Assembly: GCA_043809425.1 (NCBI GenBank)
Contig: JAZDDV010000021.1
Location: forward strand, 1-57,391
DNA: 57,391 nt
Direction: 5' to 3'
DNA from: Candidatus Micrarchaeota archaeon
Lineage (GTDB): Archaea > Micrarchaeota > Micrarchaeia > Anstonellales > Bilamarchaeaceae
Shown: piece after piece, positions 17,482 to 27,499 of the stretch
Numbering within the stretch: the first letter of the stretch is position 1
How the letters are laid out: every line of letters begins with the position of its first letter
Program-made: the position numbers and the translations under genes
The notes under the pieces: generated by a model
What the model saw: only the letters and a program-made list of their open reading frames with translations
Database searches by the model: none
What the model was told of the DNA's origin: nothing

Positions 17482-20400
17482 ATGCAAAATGAAAGCTTTA
17501 TTTTGAAAGCTTCCACTACAAGGTTCTTCATCCTACTTCTTGTGTTGTTGTGCAGCGCTTCTTTGGCTTCTGCTGCGCAGAACATATCAGAATGCGCAAA
17601 TCTCACTTCAGCAAACACAGAATATGTACTTAACCAGTCTATTTCAGGAATCCAGGCAGGCAGGAGCATGTGCATTGACATCCAGAACACTAACATAACG
17701 CTGGACTGCGCAGGCTATTCGATAAACGGCGCAAACGTTACAAGTACTTCGGCAGTCTACTCAAATGCAACAAAGACTACGGTGCGCAACTGCCAGATAG
17801 CTGATTACTACACTGGGGTGTGGTTTGCAGGCAGCAACAGCAATGCATTTGACAATAATATAACTTCATTAATGAAAGGAGGGCAGGGAATATTCATTGG
17901 GAATCCTTTTGTCAGTACGCCAACATCTGGCCGTGCTGCTTTCTGGAGCTTTGACAGTAACGTTTCTACTAATGCAACCGGGGCTGTGCCTGATGATTCT
18001 GGAAACAATAACAACGGCACGCTTGGCGGAGGGAACTCAAGCAGGATGCCTATATGGGGAATCGGAATAGTCAACGGCGCCTACACTTTTGACGGCATAA
18101 ACGATTACATAGACTTTGGAAACAGCAGCAGCCTTAATCAGCCGAGCATTACCATATCCATGTGGATATACCCTAATGTTGACTCTGACTGCGACGCGCA
18201 GAACAACTGGCGCTCCATACTGCGGACCGGCACGGCGACTTGGGGCACCCCGAACGGCTATGACATCATCCTTGAGGAAGACCGCTCCATAACCTGGGAT
18301 GTGGGAACAAACTCGCCCAGCAGGCTCTTCTCCTGGGGGAAAAGCATCCAGGTAAAAACCTGGACGCATCTCGCCTTCACTTATAACGCTGCCACCGGCG
18401 CCCAGAAGACATATCAAAACGGCATGCTTATCGCAAGCAAATTCTCCTCAGGTCCGGCACTGCCGGGTGACGCCACCTTCGTGCTCTCAAAGGGCCTCAA
18501 CGCAGTTGCCTGCCCAGTAGGCGACGGTTTCCTAAACGGTTCACTGGACCAGGTGTACGTATATAACTACGCATTCTCCGAATCGCAGATAGGCGCGCTC
18601 TACTCAAATTCTATCTCCTCCTTCAACATCACCCGCAACAACGTGAGCGCAGATTCCTACGGGGTAAGGCTCCTCTCCTCCAAAAACTCCTACATCACCA
18701 ACAACAGTTTCCGCTCCGCAAACACTTCCAACATCTCCCTGGTATACATGGATTCATCCTCCAGCCCGAATGTTTTCCTGCTGAACAATCTCACTGCTAA
18801 CTACTGGATGAACAATCTTGGCTCTGCCAACACGTTCAACGATTCCACAATGGGCAATATCTATTATTTCTCCAATGAAAGCGGCGCATGGACTGTTTAC
18901 AACATCACAGACTCAAACGCCAATAACTGGGCTGATGGCGGACGCTCCAGGCCCTTCAGCGCCACCACGCTCGGCAGCAGGTGGGCTGGCTCCGGCTCGG
19001 ACTGGCACCCCTACACGCTTGTTCCTGGCCCGCCGTTCGGCATAGATGAGTTCTATCTCCTTCCGGAGAACACCGTGAGAAAGAACGAGGTGTTAAACTG
19101 CACGCTACGCGTTTCAAATGACGGGAACAACTCAGATGTCCTGTTCGAATGGTACAAGAACGGCGTCAATCAGAGCCCGCTGGCTGGCACCTATGCGAAC
19201 CTGCGCCCGGACGTTCTCACCTCCATCACATCAGTCACATCCGCTTATCTTTCAGCAGGCGATGTCTGGTACTGCAAAATCCTGGCGCAGTTCACGCCAA
19301 CAAACTCATCCGGCTGGATGGCCTCCAACAACGTCACCGTTACGGCCTGCATGGCCTTCACCACGCCCAACACCGAATATGACATGACCTCGGATGTCTA
19401 TGTCAACGGCTCCAGCTGCATGGACATTCTGGCATCTGACGTCACCCTGGATTGTGCCGGCCACAAGATAATAGGCAACGGCACGGCAGGCACCTCAGGC
19501 GTCTATGCCAACAAGTCCGGCACCATCATCAGGAACTGCGTGGTGGAGGGATTTGACAAGGCCATATATCTGGACCAGGGTTCCACTAATGCGCAGCTGA
19601 GGAATAATAGCCTGCACACCAACACTTCGCTTGGCTACGGGGTTTATTCCGGGGGCAGCCATGGCATAAGCATAATCAACAATACCATCCTCTCAGACAA
19701 CGGCATTTCCCTTTTGCTGCTGGAAGGCTTCTCGAACAGTGTGGAGCACAACCTGATAAACTCCTCCAACTATTCCGCAATATACGTGGCCGGCTTCATG
19801 CAGGACTTCGACCTTTCCTACAATATCATAGGAGGGAACCGGAGCCTGGGTCTTGACGTCATAGACCTACAGACGGGCATCGCCAGGAACGCCTCCGTGC
19901 TAGGCAACATAGTGTATGGCGGGATGATACCCTGCGGCAACAACTATCTAATAAGGGACAACTATTTCATCGCACGCGACAGGGTGCTGGAGACCTGGTG
20001 CGGCTCCAGGAACCACGTCTATATCAATAACACTGTGATAGCAACAGCAGGCATGGCCTACTGGTGGGGCGACGTTGCAGGAGGCAGCACTACAACCGCG
20101 CCCAACATAACCTACATAAACAACACGTTCAACGCAACAGGAATAGCATTCTACTCACCCTACCCTAACTCCGGGGGAATAAATCTCACTGGCAACAGGT
20201 TCATCAGCTCAACCTCATACGGGCTTTATCTTGTTGGCTTTGGAATCCCAGCCTCAGGCAATTCATTCTATTCAGGCACGTCCAGCCCGCTATACATGGT
20301 AGGCGCAAGGAACAACACATTCGTGAATAACACCTTCTCTTCAAATTCTGCTCTTCCGCTGGTTGACATCACTGCAACATCCTACAACAACCTGTTTTAC

Positions 20401-21798
20401 TGGAACAACTTTACAAATGCAACCGGCTTCTACGCGCGGGACCTGAACGGGAACAATTATTACAATAATACTAATCCGTTAGCTTTCACAAACCTGGCAA
20501 ACATAAGCATAAGGGAGGGCGCACCGCTGTCCTACGTGATTAATGCAACGCCGACAAGGTCAGAGGGAAATCTCTGGTATAATGTGCTTAACGGCAACGT
20601 GCAGATAAATGGATCGGCAGTCTCTCTTTACAGCCCTGCATTTTACATCGGCTCAGCAGGTTCAGGCTATCCTTACAACACCGCAAATTCAGCAGGCAAG
20701 CTTTCCGGAACTATTGCTGACTACGCGCCCCTCACTCCTTTCTATACCAATGCAACAACGCCAGCTGCAATCAGCTGCTTCACTGTGAACGATTCTAATT
20801 TCAGCATCAGCTGCTCAGGCAATCTTACGAATGCTACGAAGCTGAGGCCAGGCACCTATTCGCTTAATATAACTGTTAATGATACGCTTGGCCAGATAAA
20901 GTCAGGGATAATCGTCGTGAGGGTGTTCACTCCGTCAAGCGGAGGATCGAATCAAAGACCGTTGAGGGCTTCCTACCAGACAAGATGCCCTGATAACAAA
21001 CTCGTTGTCACAGTCACTACGGCAGAGAGTACTGTACCTGGTGCTGCTGTTAAGCTGTTCAAAAGCGGTCTGCCGCTTCAGCTGATCGCTGAACAGGAAA
21101 CTGATGACAACGGAAACGCTTACTTCACGCTGGATAATGCAGGAGATTATGAGATAGACGTCAGTAGTCTTGGTTATGAGCCGGTAGACACGATTTATTT
21201 TTCCTACGCTTTGTGCGAGGCAAAGCCTGAGTGTAATTCAGATGCTGCATGTGCTGCAGACCAGTACTGCAGCAATGGAAACTGCACGATCGTACTTGGC
21301 AGCTGCGGTTATGCTGATGCGCACAAATGGGTAAGCTACGAATGCTGCGCTGACAGCGACTGCGCAGGCTACTGCCAGGAGCATAAATGCCTGCAGGCGC
21401 AGCAAAATCAGACGCCTCCAGCTCCACCTCAGCAGAACACAACAAACCAGGATGCTGGAAATTCGTTAAGCGCAGCACAGGATGCGATCGCAGCTGCAAA
21501 GGCAGCTGGCAAGGACACATCTGCTGCAGAAGCTGATTTTGCAGAAGCGCAGGCAGCCTATGAGGCAGGAAACTATGAACTTGCGAAGCAGCTTGCAGAG
21601 CAAGCAAAAATCCTGGCATTAAATTCAAAGGCGGCTGCAAATGCAACCCAGCCTGTAACCCCATCTGCAGGACAGCAAAAAGGGCCTGACCTGGGGCTTC
21701 TTCTGCTTTTGCTTGCAATAGCCGGATCAATTGTCATAGGCGGCATAATTCTTTTTTTCATTTTCTGGAGAAGGCGCAGCCGCGGGCTTAAAGATTAA
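17482..21798 (+). CDS. giant surface protein: signal peptide, right-handed beta-helix (PbH1-like) repeats, LamG/concanavalin-like domain, Ig-like and CarboxypepD_reg-like domains, C-terminal TM anchor
   Basis: 1438 aa. The LamG_3-like region spans about aa 152-375 (GNNGTL...YTFDG.NDYIDFG...FSESQIGALY). There are many NN/IxxN beta-helix rungs and dozens of N-x-S/T sequons. The C-terminus is a TM helix plus RRRSR (LLLLLLAIAGSIVIGGIILFFIFWRRRSRGLKD). Confidence 0.85.
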   Translation: MQNESFILKASTTRFFILLLVLLCSASLASAAQNISECANLTSANTEYVLNQSISGIQAGRSMCIDIQNTNITLDCAGYSINGANVTSTSAVYSNATKTTVRNCQIADYYTGVWFAGSNSNAFDNNITSLMKGGQGIFIGNPFVSTPTSGRAAFWSFDSNVSTNATGAVPDDSGNNNNGTLGGGNSSRMPIWGIGIVNGAYTFDGINDYIDFGNSSSLNQPSITISMWIYPNVDSDCDAQNNWRSILRTGTATWGTPNGYDIILEEDRSITWDVGTNSPSRLFSWGKSIQVKTWTHLAFTYNAATGAQKTYQNGMLIASKFSSGPALPGDATFVLSKGLNAVACPVGDGFLNGSLDQVYVYNYAFSESQIGALYSNSISSFNITRNNVSADSYGVRLLSSKNSYITNNSFRSANTSNISLVYMDSSSSPNVFLLNNLTANYWMNNLGSANTFNDSTMGNIYYFSNESGAWTVYNITDSNANNWADGGRSRPFSATTLGSRWAGSGSDWHPYTLVPGPPFGIDEFYLLPENTVRKNEVLNCTLRVSNDGNNSDVLFEWYKNGVNQSPLAGTYANLRPDVLTSITSVTSAYLSAGDVWYCKILAQFTPTNSSGWMASNNVTVTACMAFTTPNTEYDMTSDVYVNGSSCMDILASDVTLDCAGHKIIGNGTAGTSGVYANKSGTIIRNCVVEGFDKAIYLDQGSTNAQLRNNSLHTNTSLGYGVYSGGSHGISIINNTILSDNGISLLLLEGFSNSVEHNLINSSNYSAIYVAGFMQDFDLSYNIIGGNRSLGLDVIDLQTGIARNASVLGNIVYGGMIPCGNNYLIRDNYFIARDRVLETWCGSRNHVYINNTVIATAGMAYWWGDVAGGSTTTAPNITYINNTFNATGIAFYSPYPNSGGINLTGNRFISSTSYGLYLVGFGIPASGNSFYSGTSSPLYMVGARNNTFVNNTFSSNSALPLVDITATSYNNLFYWNNFTNATGFYARDLNGNNYYNNTNPLAFTNLANISIREGAPLSYVINATPTRSEGNLWYNVLNGNVQINGSAVSLYSPAFYIGSAGSGYPYNTANSAGKLSGTIADYAPLTPFYTNATTPAAISCFTVNDSNFSISCSGNLTNATKLRPGTYSLNITVNDTLGQIKSGIIVVRVFTPSSGGSNQRPLRASYQTRCPDNKLVVTVTTAESTVPGAAVKLFKSGLPLQLIAEQETDDNGNAYFTLDNAGDYEIDVSSLGYEPVDTIYFSYALCEAKPECNSDAACAADQYCSNGNCTIVLGSCGYADAHKWVSYECCADSDCAGYCQEHKCLQAQQNQTPPAPPQQNTTNQDAGNSLSAAQDAIAAAKAAGKDTSAAEADFAEAQAAYEAGNYELAKQLAEQAKILALNSKAAANATQPVTPSAGQQKGPDLGLLLLLLAIAGSIVIGGIILFFIFWRRRSRGLKD

Positions 21799-21887
21799 GA
21801 GAGTTGATGAATTTCTGGCGCGAAGCAGAAGAGTACCATCAAAAATATTTGGAGAAAATGAAAGAGAAAAAATTCTGCGGAATTTGA

Positions 21888-22283
21888 TTATTTTTTCTTC
21901 TGGTTTTTGAAATCCAATGCAAGCGAATTAATGCAGTAGCGCAGGCCGGTTGGTTTAGGCCCGTCTGGAAAAATGTGACCCAGGTGGCTGCCGCAACGGG
22001 CACAAGTCACTTCAATGCGCTTCATGCCAAAGGTGATATCCTCATGCTGCACTACATTAGCAGACTTAAGCGGAGCATAGAAACTTGGCCAGCCGCAGGA
22101 CGAATCGAATTTCGTGTCAGAAGTAAATAGCTCTAAACCGCAGGCTGCGCAGGCGTACATTCCCTTTTCCTTATTCAAAAGCAGGCGGCCGCTAAACGGC
22201 AATTCAGTACCTTTTTTTCTCAGGACGAAAAACTGCTCAGGGGAAAGCTGCTTTTTCCATTCTTCCTCTGATTTTTTTATCAT
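21888..22283 (-). CDS. msrB: peptide-methionine (R)-S-oxide reductase
   Basis: 131 aa with two CxxC pairs (CAACG, CARCG), GWPSF, and RYCINS containing the catalytic Cys. Confidence 0.9.
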   Translation of the reverse strand: MIKKSEEEWKKQLSPEQFFVLRKKGTELPFSGRLLLNKEKGMYACAACGLELFTSDTKFDSSCGWPSFYAPLKSANVVQHEDITFGMKRIEVTCARCGSHLGHIFPDGPKPTGLRYCINSLALDFKNQKKK

Positions 22284-22513
22284 GGGCCATCCCTTAGGGA
22301 GACTACTTTTCCTGCTTTATATTCCTTAATCGCCTTCTTGAGGTCTTTGATGTCCTCGTTTGTCATTTTGTCATCCTCCCGGTCAAGATGGTGGTGCTTG
22401 TAATCCAATACGGTGATGCGGATTGCCTCTGTTTTGTTGGCAGCATAGCCTTTTCTAATCATCTCATTGATTACGTGCTCGGCGAAGCCGGAAAGCTTTA
22501 GATTTATGTTCAT
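22280..22513 (-). CDS. small ribbon-helix-helix/antitoxin-like protein
   Basis: 77 aa. The N-terminus (LKLSGFAEHVINEMIRKGYAANKTEAIRITVL) resembles RHH. It overlaps the msrB start by 4 nt. Confidence 0.4.
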   Translation of the reverse strand: MNINLKLSGFAEHVINEMIRKGYAANKTEAIRITVLDYKHHHLDREDDKMTNEDIKDLKKAIKEYKAGKVVSLRDGP

Positions 22514-22620
22514 ACAATCACTGTAGATTATATGTACAGATAATGCATATAAAGCTTGTGTTGGCTACTAATTTTCGCACCCGCTGCGCTGGCAAATGGA
22601 ATGGAGTTGGGTGCACAGAA

Positions 22621-22645
22621 AGAAAATAAAAAGAAAAAAAAGAAA
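22621..22645 (-). terminator. oligo-T tract (minus strand) after ftsZ
   Basis: The plus strand reads GAAAATAAAAAGAAAAAAAAGAAAT, which is T-rich on the minus strand immediately after the ftsZ stop. Confidence 0.35.
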
Positions 22646-23737
22646 TCAGCCGAGGACTTCCAAGTCGTCGCTGTAGGTTGGGATGCTGTGGGATTCGTCC
22701 TCAGTGGAGAACTGGTTCCCTGCTACGGATGCACCCTTCACGCCGGTTACGATGGCAACGATTTCGAGCTTGCCCTCGTAGTTCTGCATGATTCTTGCGC
22801 CCCATTTAACGTTGGCCTCTGCGTCCATCTTCTCGGTAATCATTTCGCCTGCCTTAATGGCATCGCCGAGTGTCAAGTCGCTGCCGCCGCTAATGTGGAT
22901 AAGTGCGCCCTTTGCCCCTTCGAAGTCAACATCGAGCAGCCTGTTCTTTATCACGCCTTCGGATGCTGCGCGGACTTTGTCGTTGCCCTTGCCTTCGCCG
23001 ACTGCGATGAAGCCTACGCCGCCGCCTTCCATGATTGCGCGCACGTCTGCAAAGTCGATGTTAATCAACGATGGCTGGGTAATTGTCCACACCAGGCCTG
23101 AAATGGCTCTGGAGAGAATTTCGTCTGCCACAGAGAATGCCTCTGTCATCGGCAGGTTTGGAACCAACTGAACCAACCTGTTGTTATCTAATATAATAAC
23201 CGAGTCGCAGCTCTTTTTCAGGAGCTTAATGCCCTCGTCTGCCTTTTTCTTTCTCGCCCTTTCCAGAGCGAACGGGTAGGTTACCATGGCCACAACGATT
23301 GCGCCCTGCTCCTTTGCAATCTGTGCAACGATTGGTGCTGCGCCGCCGCCTGTACCACCGCCCATACCACCGCATATGAAAACAAGGTGTGCGTTCTCGA
23401 GCTCCTTTTCAATCAATGGCCTGTCAACTTCCGCTGACTTGGCACCGATTTCCGGGTAGCCGCCTGCGCCGAGACCCTTGGTAACGCTCTTACCAATCAG
23501 AATCTTCTTTGCGCGTTCATGAACGATGCCCAAGTGCTGTTTATCAGTGTTTATAGCCACAAGTTCAGTGCCCTTGACACCAGACTTAATCAGCCTGTTG
23601 ATAGTGTTGTTACCAGCACCACCCACACCGATAGTGACGATCTTAATCGTCTCAGAGCTTAAGCTCTCATTCTCTTCCTTAGCCGGGGAGGAGGATTCTC
23701 CCATTACTGATTTTACCAAATCTTCCATATTTTTCAC
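22646..23737 (-). CDS. ftsZ: cell division GTPase FtsZ
   Basis: GVGGAGNN and the tubulin signature GGMGGGTGGGAAPIVA, plus an NDKVRAA-type T7 region and an acidic C-terminal tail. Confidence 0.95.
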   Translation of the reverse strand: MKNMEDLVKSVMGESSSPAKEENESLSSETIKIVTIGVGGAGNNTINRLIKSGVKGTELVAINTDKQHLGIVHERAKKILIGKSVTKGLGAGGYPEIGAKSAEVDRPLIEKELENAHLVFICGGMGGGTGGGAAPIVAQIAKEQGAIVVAMVTYPFALERARKKKADEGIKLLKKSCDSVIILDNNRLVQLVPNLPMTEAFSVADEILSRAISGLVWTITQPSLINIDFADVRAIMEGGGVGFIAVGEGKGNDKVRAASEGVIKNRLLDVDFEGAKGALIHISGGSDLTLGDAIKAGEMITEKMDAEANVKWGARIMQNYEGKLEIVAIVTGVKGASVAGNQFSTEDESHSIPTYSDDLEVLG

Positions 23738-23918
23738 CTGGTCGCATTACCTCCGTCGGGCATTTACCCAAAGGGGTAATATAGACGGGCGTTCGGCCAT
23801 TTAAAAAGGTTTTCTTTTACCTCGAAGAGTGTTATACGCTGTAGAGAAGTTTCTACCACTAAAAATTAGGACGCCTCGATAAATTTAAATACATTGACTA
23901 AATACATTTATTGATCCC

Positions 23919-24125
23919 ATGGTAAAAGTCATCACGATAATGGATGACGTATATTCGGAGTTGTACAAACTCAAGAAGGCCAAAGGCCTGAGCTTCACCG
24001 GCGCCATACGTCATTTGTTGAACGAGCGTACGACAAATGAACAGTCCATAATCTCCTTTGCAGGCAGCATATCAGAAGAGGATATAGACCGGCGTTCTGT
24101 TGCCAAGATAAGGCGGGTGCTGTAA
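23919..24125 (+). CDS. VapB-like antitoxin
   Basis: 68 aa, immediately upstream of a PIN gene with a TAATG stop/start overlap. An AAATTTAAATAC box lies about 30 nt upstream. Confidence 0.5.
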   Translation: MVKVITIMDDVYSELYKLKKAKGLSFTGAIRHLLNERTTNEQSIISFAGSISEEDIDRRSVAKIRRVL

Positions 24126-24496
24126 TGGAAAAAATATTCCTTGACTATCAGACTGCATTGGATTTTCTCCGGGGCGACCCGCAGATAGTGGAAAAACTCA
24201 ATTACTATGCTAATGTCGAGGAGATTTGCATCTCTTCGCTGACGCTTATGCATCTGCTTTTCACCATCAAAAAAAGCGAGGCCATACTTTCATTTGCAAA
24301 CAACGTTACTGTGCTGCCTATTGACAAAAAAGTGGGCATCATCGCATCGAAGATAAAACGGGAGCTAGATGAAAAGATGCTTGAGCTGCCGCAGGAAACG
24401 ATGATAACTGCCGCAGTATGCATGTCCAATGATGCATTTCTCTTCACTCGCAAACCAAGCGACTTCGAAGGAATAAAAGGGCTGAAAAGAGTTTAG
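24125..24496 (+). CDS. PIN-domain toxin (VapC-like)
   Basis: 123 aa with an N-terminal IFLDYQ acidic residue and a C-terminal FLFTRKPSDFEGI pattern, as in PIN nucleases. It is paired with the upstream antitoxin. Confidence 0.55.
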   Translation: MEKIFLDYQTALDFLRGDPQIVEKLNYYANVEEICISSLTLMHLLFTIKKSEAILSFANNVTVLPIDKKVGIIASKIKRELDEKMLELPQETMITAAVCMSNDAFLFTRKPSDFEGIKGLKRV

Positions 24497-24550
24497 CTCT
24501 TTGCCTGCCGTTTCAGAAAGGAATAAAAATCTCAAGCGAGCAGCAGCTTC

Positions 24551-25039
24551 ATGAAAAATACGTTTGTAATTTTCAGTTTCGTAGTTATCGCAGCACTGCT
24601 TATTTCCGGCTGCATCCTTCCGCCGCCCATGAGCGATGCTGTGCCCAAGGACCTGGAGATTACCTACAGCTATGGCGCCTGCCACGCAGAATGGGGCCGG
24701 ACTAACATTCGCATAGACGCAACCGGCAATGGGATTTATGAAAGCGGACGCGGTATGCTACTGCCGAACAACCGAATGGCAGAAGAAAAATTCTACAAGA
24801 CATTCAGGATGAATGAGACAGAACTGCTGAGCCTGCTTAACACCATAGAAAAAAGCGGATTCTATTCGCTGCAGGACAGCTATAGCGATACGCTTATCAT
24901 GGATGGCAGCTGCGAATACATTTCTGTAACGAAGAACAATGTCACGAAAAGCGTTTCAGTTTCCAACACGCAACCGCCTGATGCCTATGCGACCGCGGCA
25001 GATGCAATAAACGCAGTTGCCGAGGCAAAGACAAAATAG
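24551..25039 (+). CDS. secreted/lipoprotein-like hypothetical protein
   Basis: 162 aa with a signal peptide and a lipobox-like LISGC. Confidence 0.5.
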   Translation: MKNTFVIFSFVVIAALLISGCILPPPMSDAVPKDLEITYSYGACHAEWGRTNIRIDATGNGIYESGRGMLLPNNRMAEEKFYKTFRMNETELLSLLNTIEKSGFYSLQDSYSDTLIMDGSCEYISVTKNNVTKSVSVSNTQPPDAYATAADAINAVAEAKTK

Positions 25040-26242
25040 CTAACCCATTACTTTCTTGAATTCGTCTTTTCCATAGCCGTCTATGAACGCATCCAGGCAT
25101 TCATTGGGAAGATGACCATTATGGATTTCCTGCATGATTCGCATCATGCCGAGCTTTCTTTCACTGTGGGGAATCGGATCCAGCGTGGGCTGCAGCCACA
25201 GGTCTTCATAGTCAATGAGCCTGAGTTCCGGATACTGGTTGCCAAGGATTTTCACCACCACATTCCGCGGCGCTGGGTCATCATGGCCGACTCCTCTCCA
25301 ATGCATGATGTAGATTAGCTTTCCATATTGCTGGTACAATGGAAGAATAGCTGGCTTATCAGCATTATCCCGCGTAACCGAAAAGAGATCCTTGCCCTCA
25401 TCAGTCATCACTAGGAAATCAATGGAATCTATGGTAAGCACGGCAATTGGCTTGGCAACTGGCACCCGACGCAGATTTGCATAGTAAAGCTTCTCGATGA
25501 AGTTGGAATCCCATGGAAAGAGACGACTGATTACCACTGCCAGCGTCTCCGCATATTTCTTTATGGTGGTCTTCCCCACGTATCTTGGCTCAAGCACCGG
25601 AACTCCGGTTATATGGGACTGGAACCTGAATGCGCTGTGCGTCTTCAATTCAGAAAGATACCTTCTTATGAGCATCCGCGGGCCTGAGAAATCAAAGTCC
25701 CGGTAGATCGGAAACGCAAGCTGCTCAGCTGTTTCGCTATCATGCGGAACCGAATTCAGGAATTGCTTGAAACTGCTGATATGCTCGCGGGCAACATCAG
25801 GTCTTTCAAGGAAATTCAAGGTGCAGACCGGATCAACGCAACCGCGCCTTGTGAGGTTGCCGCCCCTTCCTATGTAATTTTTCATGACATCGTGCGGCTC
25901 GCCCATCCGCCAGAAAAAGCAAAGGTCATCGGCCCAGAGCCTGTTGAGTAAAACATTCCAAACAGGCAGCGGCACCATCGTCTTCGTATTACGCTCGTCA
26001 AAGGTTTCAATCTCAACAGAAGCAGTGCTGCGGAATATATTATGAGCCACTGCACCGAGCTTAACCAGCGAACCTTCTGTTGGAGGGAAGCGCACTTCTG
26101 CCTTGCCCACGGTGTCAACATAAAATCTTTCAAAGAATACGTTGTTCATTCTGCCTGGGATTTGAAGCACAGAACGCCGCTCGGACAAAGGCGGCCTGGG
26201 AGGCAGATGCCCTTTTATGAAACGCTGTGCTAGCGTATTCAT
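25040..26242 (-). CDS. atypical protein-kinase-like fold protein (paralog of 50521-51750)
   Basis: The C-terminal region HWRGVGHDDPAPRNVVV...LRLIDYEDL...LDAFIDGYGK resembles a kinase catalytic loop (HxD....N) plus a DFG-like DYE. It shares DPAPRNV, D[YF]E and DAF.xGY motifs with the ORF at 50521-51750. Confidence 0.5.
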   Translation of the reverse strand: MNTLAQRFIKGHLPPRPPLSERRSVLQIPGRMNNVFFERFYVDTVGKAEVRFPPTEGSLVKLGAVAHNIFRSTASVEIETFDERNTKTMVPLPVWNVLLNRLWADDLCFFWRMGEPHDVMKNYIGRGGNLTRRGCVDPVCTLNFLERPDVAREHISSFKQFLNSVPHDSETAEQLAFPIYRDFDFSGPRMLIRRYLSELKTHSAFRFQSHITGVPVLEPRYVGKTTIKKYAETLAVVISRLFPWDSNFIEKLYYANLRRVPVAKPIAVLTIDSIDFLVMTDEGKDLFSVTRDNADKPAILPLYQQYGKLIYIMHWRGVGHDDPAPRNVVVKILGNQYPELRLIDYEDLWLQPTLDPIPHSERKLGMMRIMQEIHNGHLPNECLDAFIDGYGKDEFKKVMG

Positions 26243-26283
26243 AGCAAACAGCCTGCCTGTTTAGATTTTTTCATGCCATCAGC

Positions 26284-27195
26284 TCAATGTTTGATTAGGA
26301 ACTCGTAAAGGTCCTGATTGAATCGTTTTGGTTGCTCTATCTGCGGATAGTGGGAAAGCCCTTCGTAGATATTTATCATTGCGCTGGGAACCCGTTCTCT
26401 TATCAGCTCAACTGATTTTTCATTTACCAGCGAATCGCTGCCGCCGCGGACAACAAACACAGGCACCTTCACCTCACTCAGCAATGCTCCGATGTCATTG
26501 CCTGTCTCGAACATCGCGCGCAGAGAAAGAAGCGACGCCTGTGCGTTAAGGTCAAGCGACTCGTTGAGATACTTGGCGAATTCCGCGAATTTCATGTCCT
26601 TGCGAAGATGCTTCAGGTAAAGATAAAGTGGCGCGACTGCCGGGTCAGTTTTTGCAAGCTTGGCAATTATGCGCAGACCGCCAAAAAGACTGGTGACACC
26701 CTGTGTTCTCTCAAGAACAATCATCAACGGCTGCACAAGATGTGCAAAGCGGAATGTTTCCAGCGGGCTGGAAACTGCCGGGCTTACAAATGACATGGAA
26801 CGTACGGCTGCTTGCATCTCATGATGAAACGCCGTTGCTATCAGACCGCCCATGCTGAATGCAACGGTATCTGGGTTTGTTATGCGAAGATGCGCCAGCA
26901 ATTCCGCGTTATCCCTGGCACAGCTGTAAAGATAGGTGGAAGGCTTGTCACCGTCCAGAGTTGACTGGCCATAGCCGCGGTTATTGGTGAAAAGCAAGTT
27001 GAAATCCCAGAGGCTTTTCTCCTGCAATTTCCAGATGCCGTTTTTGGTCATCCAGCCATTGAAGAAAACAATTGTCCTGGGCTTCCCTCTGTCCAGATGA
27101 ATATATTCAAGAAGAGTTCCGGAGGACGTAGAAAACTTTTTCTGAGGGGCTGCTGCTGCCTCTGCCAGTTTCGCATTTTTGGGTGCAAACCGCAT
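26284..27195 (-). CDS. alpha/beta-fold hydrolase
   Basis: 303 aa with the nucleophile elbow AFSMGG, a late GGSD acid region and GLSHYP histidine. It has its own TTTTATATATTT box about 25 nt upstream. Confidence 0.75.
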   Translation of the reverse strand: MRFAPKNAKLAEAAAAPQKKFSTSSGTLLEYIHLDRGKPRTIVFFNGWMTKNGIWKLQEKSLWDFNLLFTNNRGYGQSTLDGDKPSTYLYSCARDNAELLAHLRITNPDTVAFSMGGLIATAFHHEMQAAVRSMSFVSPAVSSPLETFRFAHLVQPLMIVLERTQGVTSLFGGLRIIAKLAKTDPAVAPLYLYLKHLRKDMKFAEFAKYLNESLDLNAQASLLSLRAMFETGNDIGALLSEVKVPVFVVRGGSDSLVNEKSVELIRERVPSAMINIYEGLSHYPQIEQPKRFNQDLYEFLIKH

Positions 27196-27499
27196 AATAT
27201 ACTAGGAATAGTTAAATATATAAAACTAACGAAAATACATCTTTGAACACCGTATTATACCCATCTAAGGATTTAGATGCAAAATTACCATGGTGATGGG
27301 ATGGCCGGACTATCGTTGAAAGCAGTTAAGGAGGATGAATTGGCGTTGCTGAAAAAGTTTACTGTACAGCTTGGCAAGGTCAATGGTGAACTGGAGCAGG
27401 TCTTGGCTAACCTGAAACACCCTGAGGAACTGAAGGATAAAAAGGGGCTCACTCCAGCTGAAAATGTCACGCTGATCGTGGAAATAAAAAAGAAAAAAA

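Noticed and set aside
22556-23101. 181-aa plus-strand ORF overlapping ftsZ
   Set aside because: It is antisense to an unambiguous FtsZ coding sequence. Its Ala/Cys-rich composition is typical of a shadow frame.
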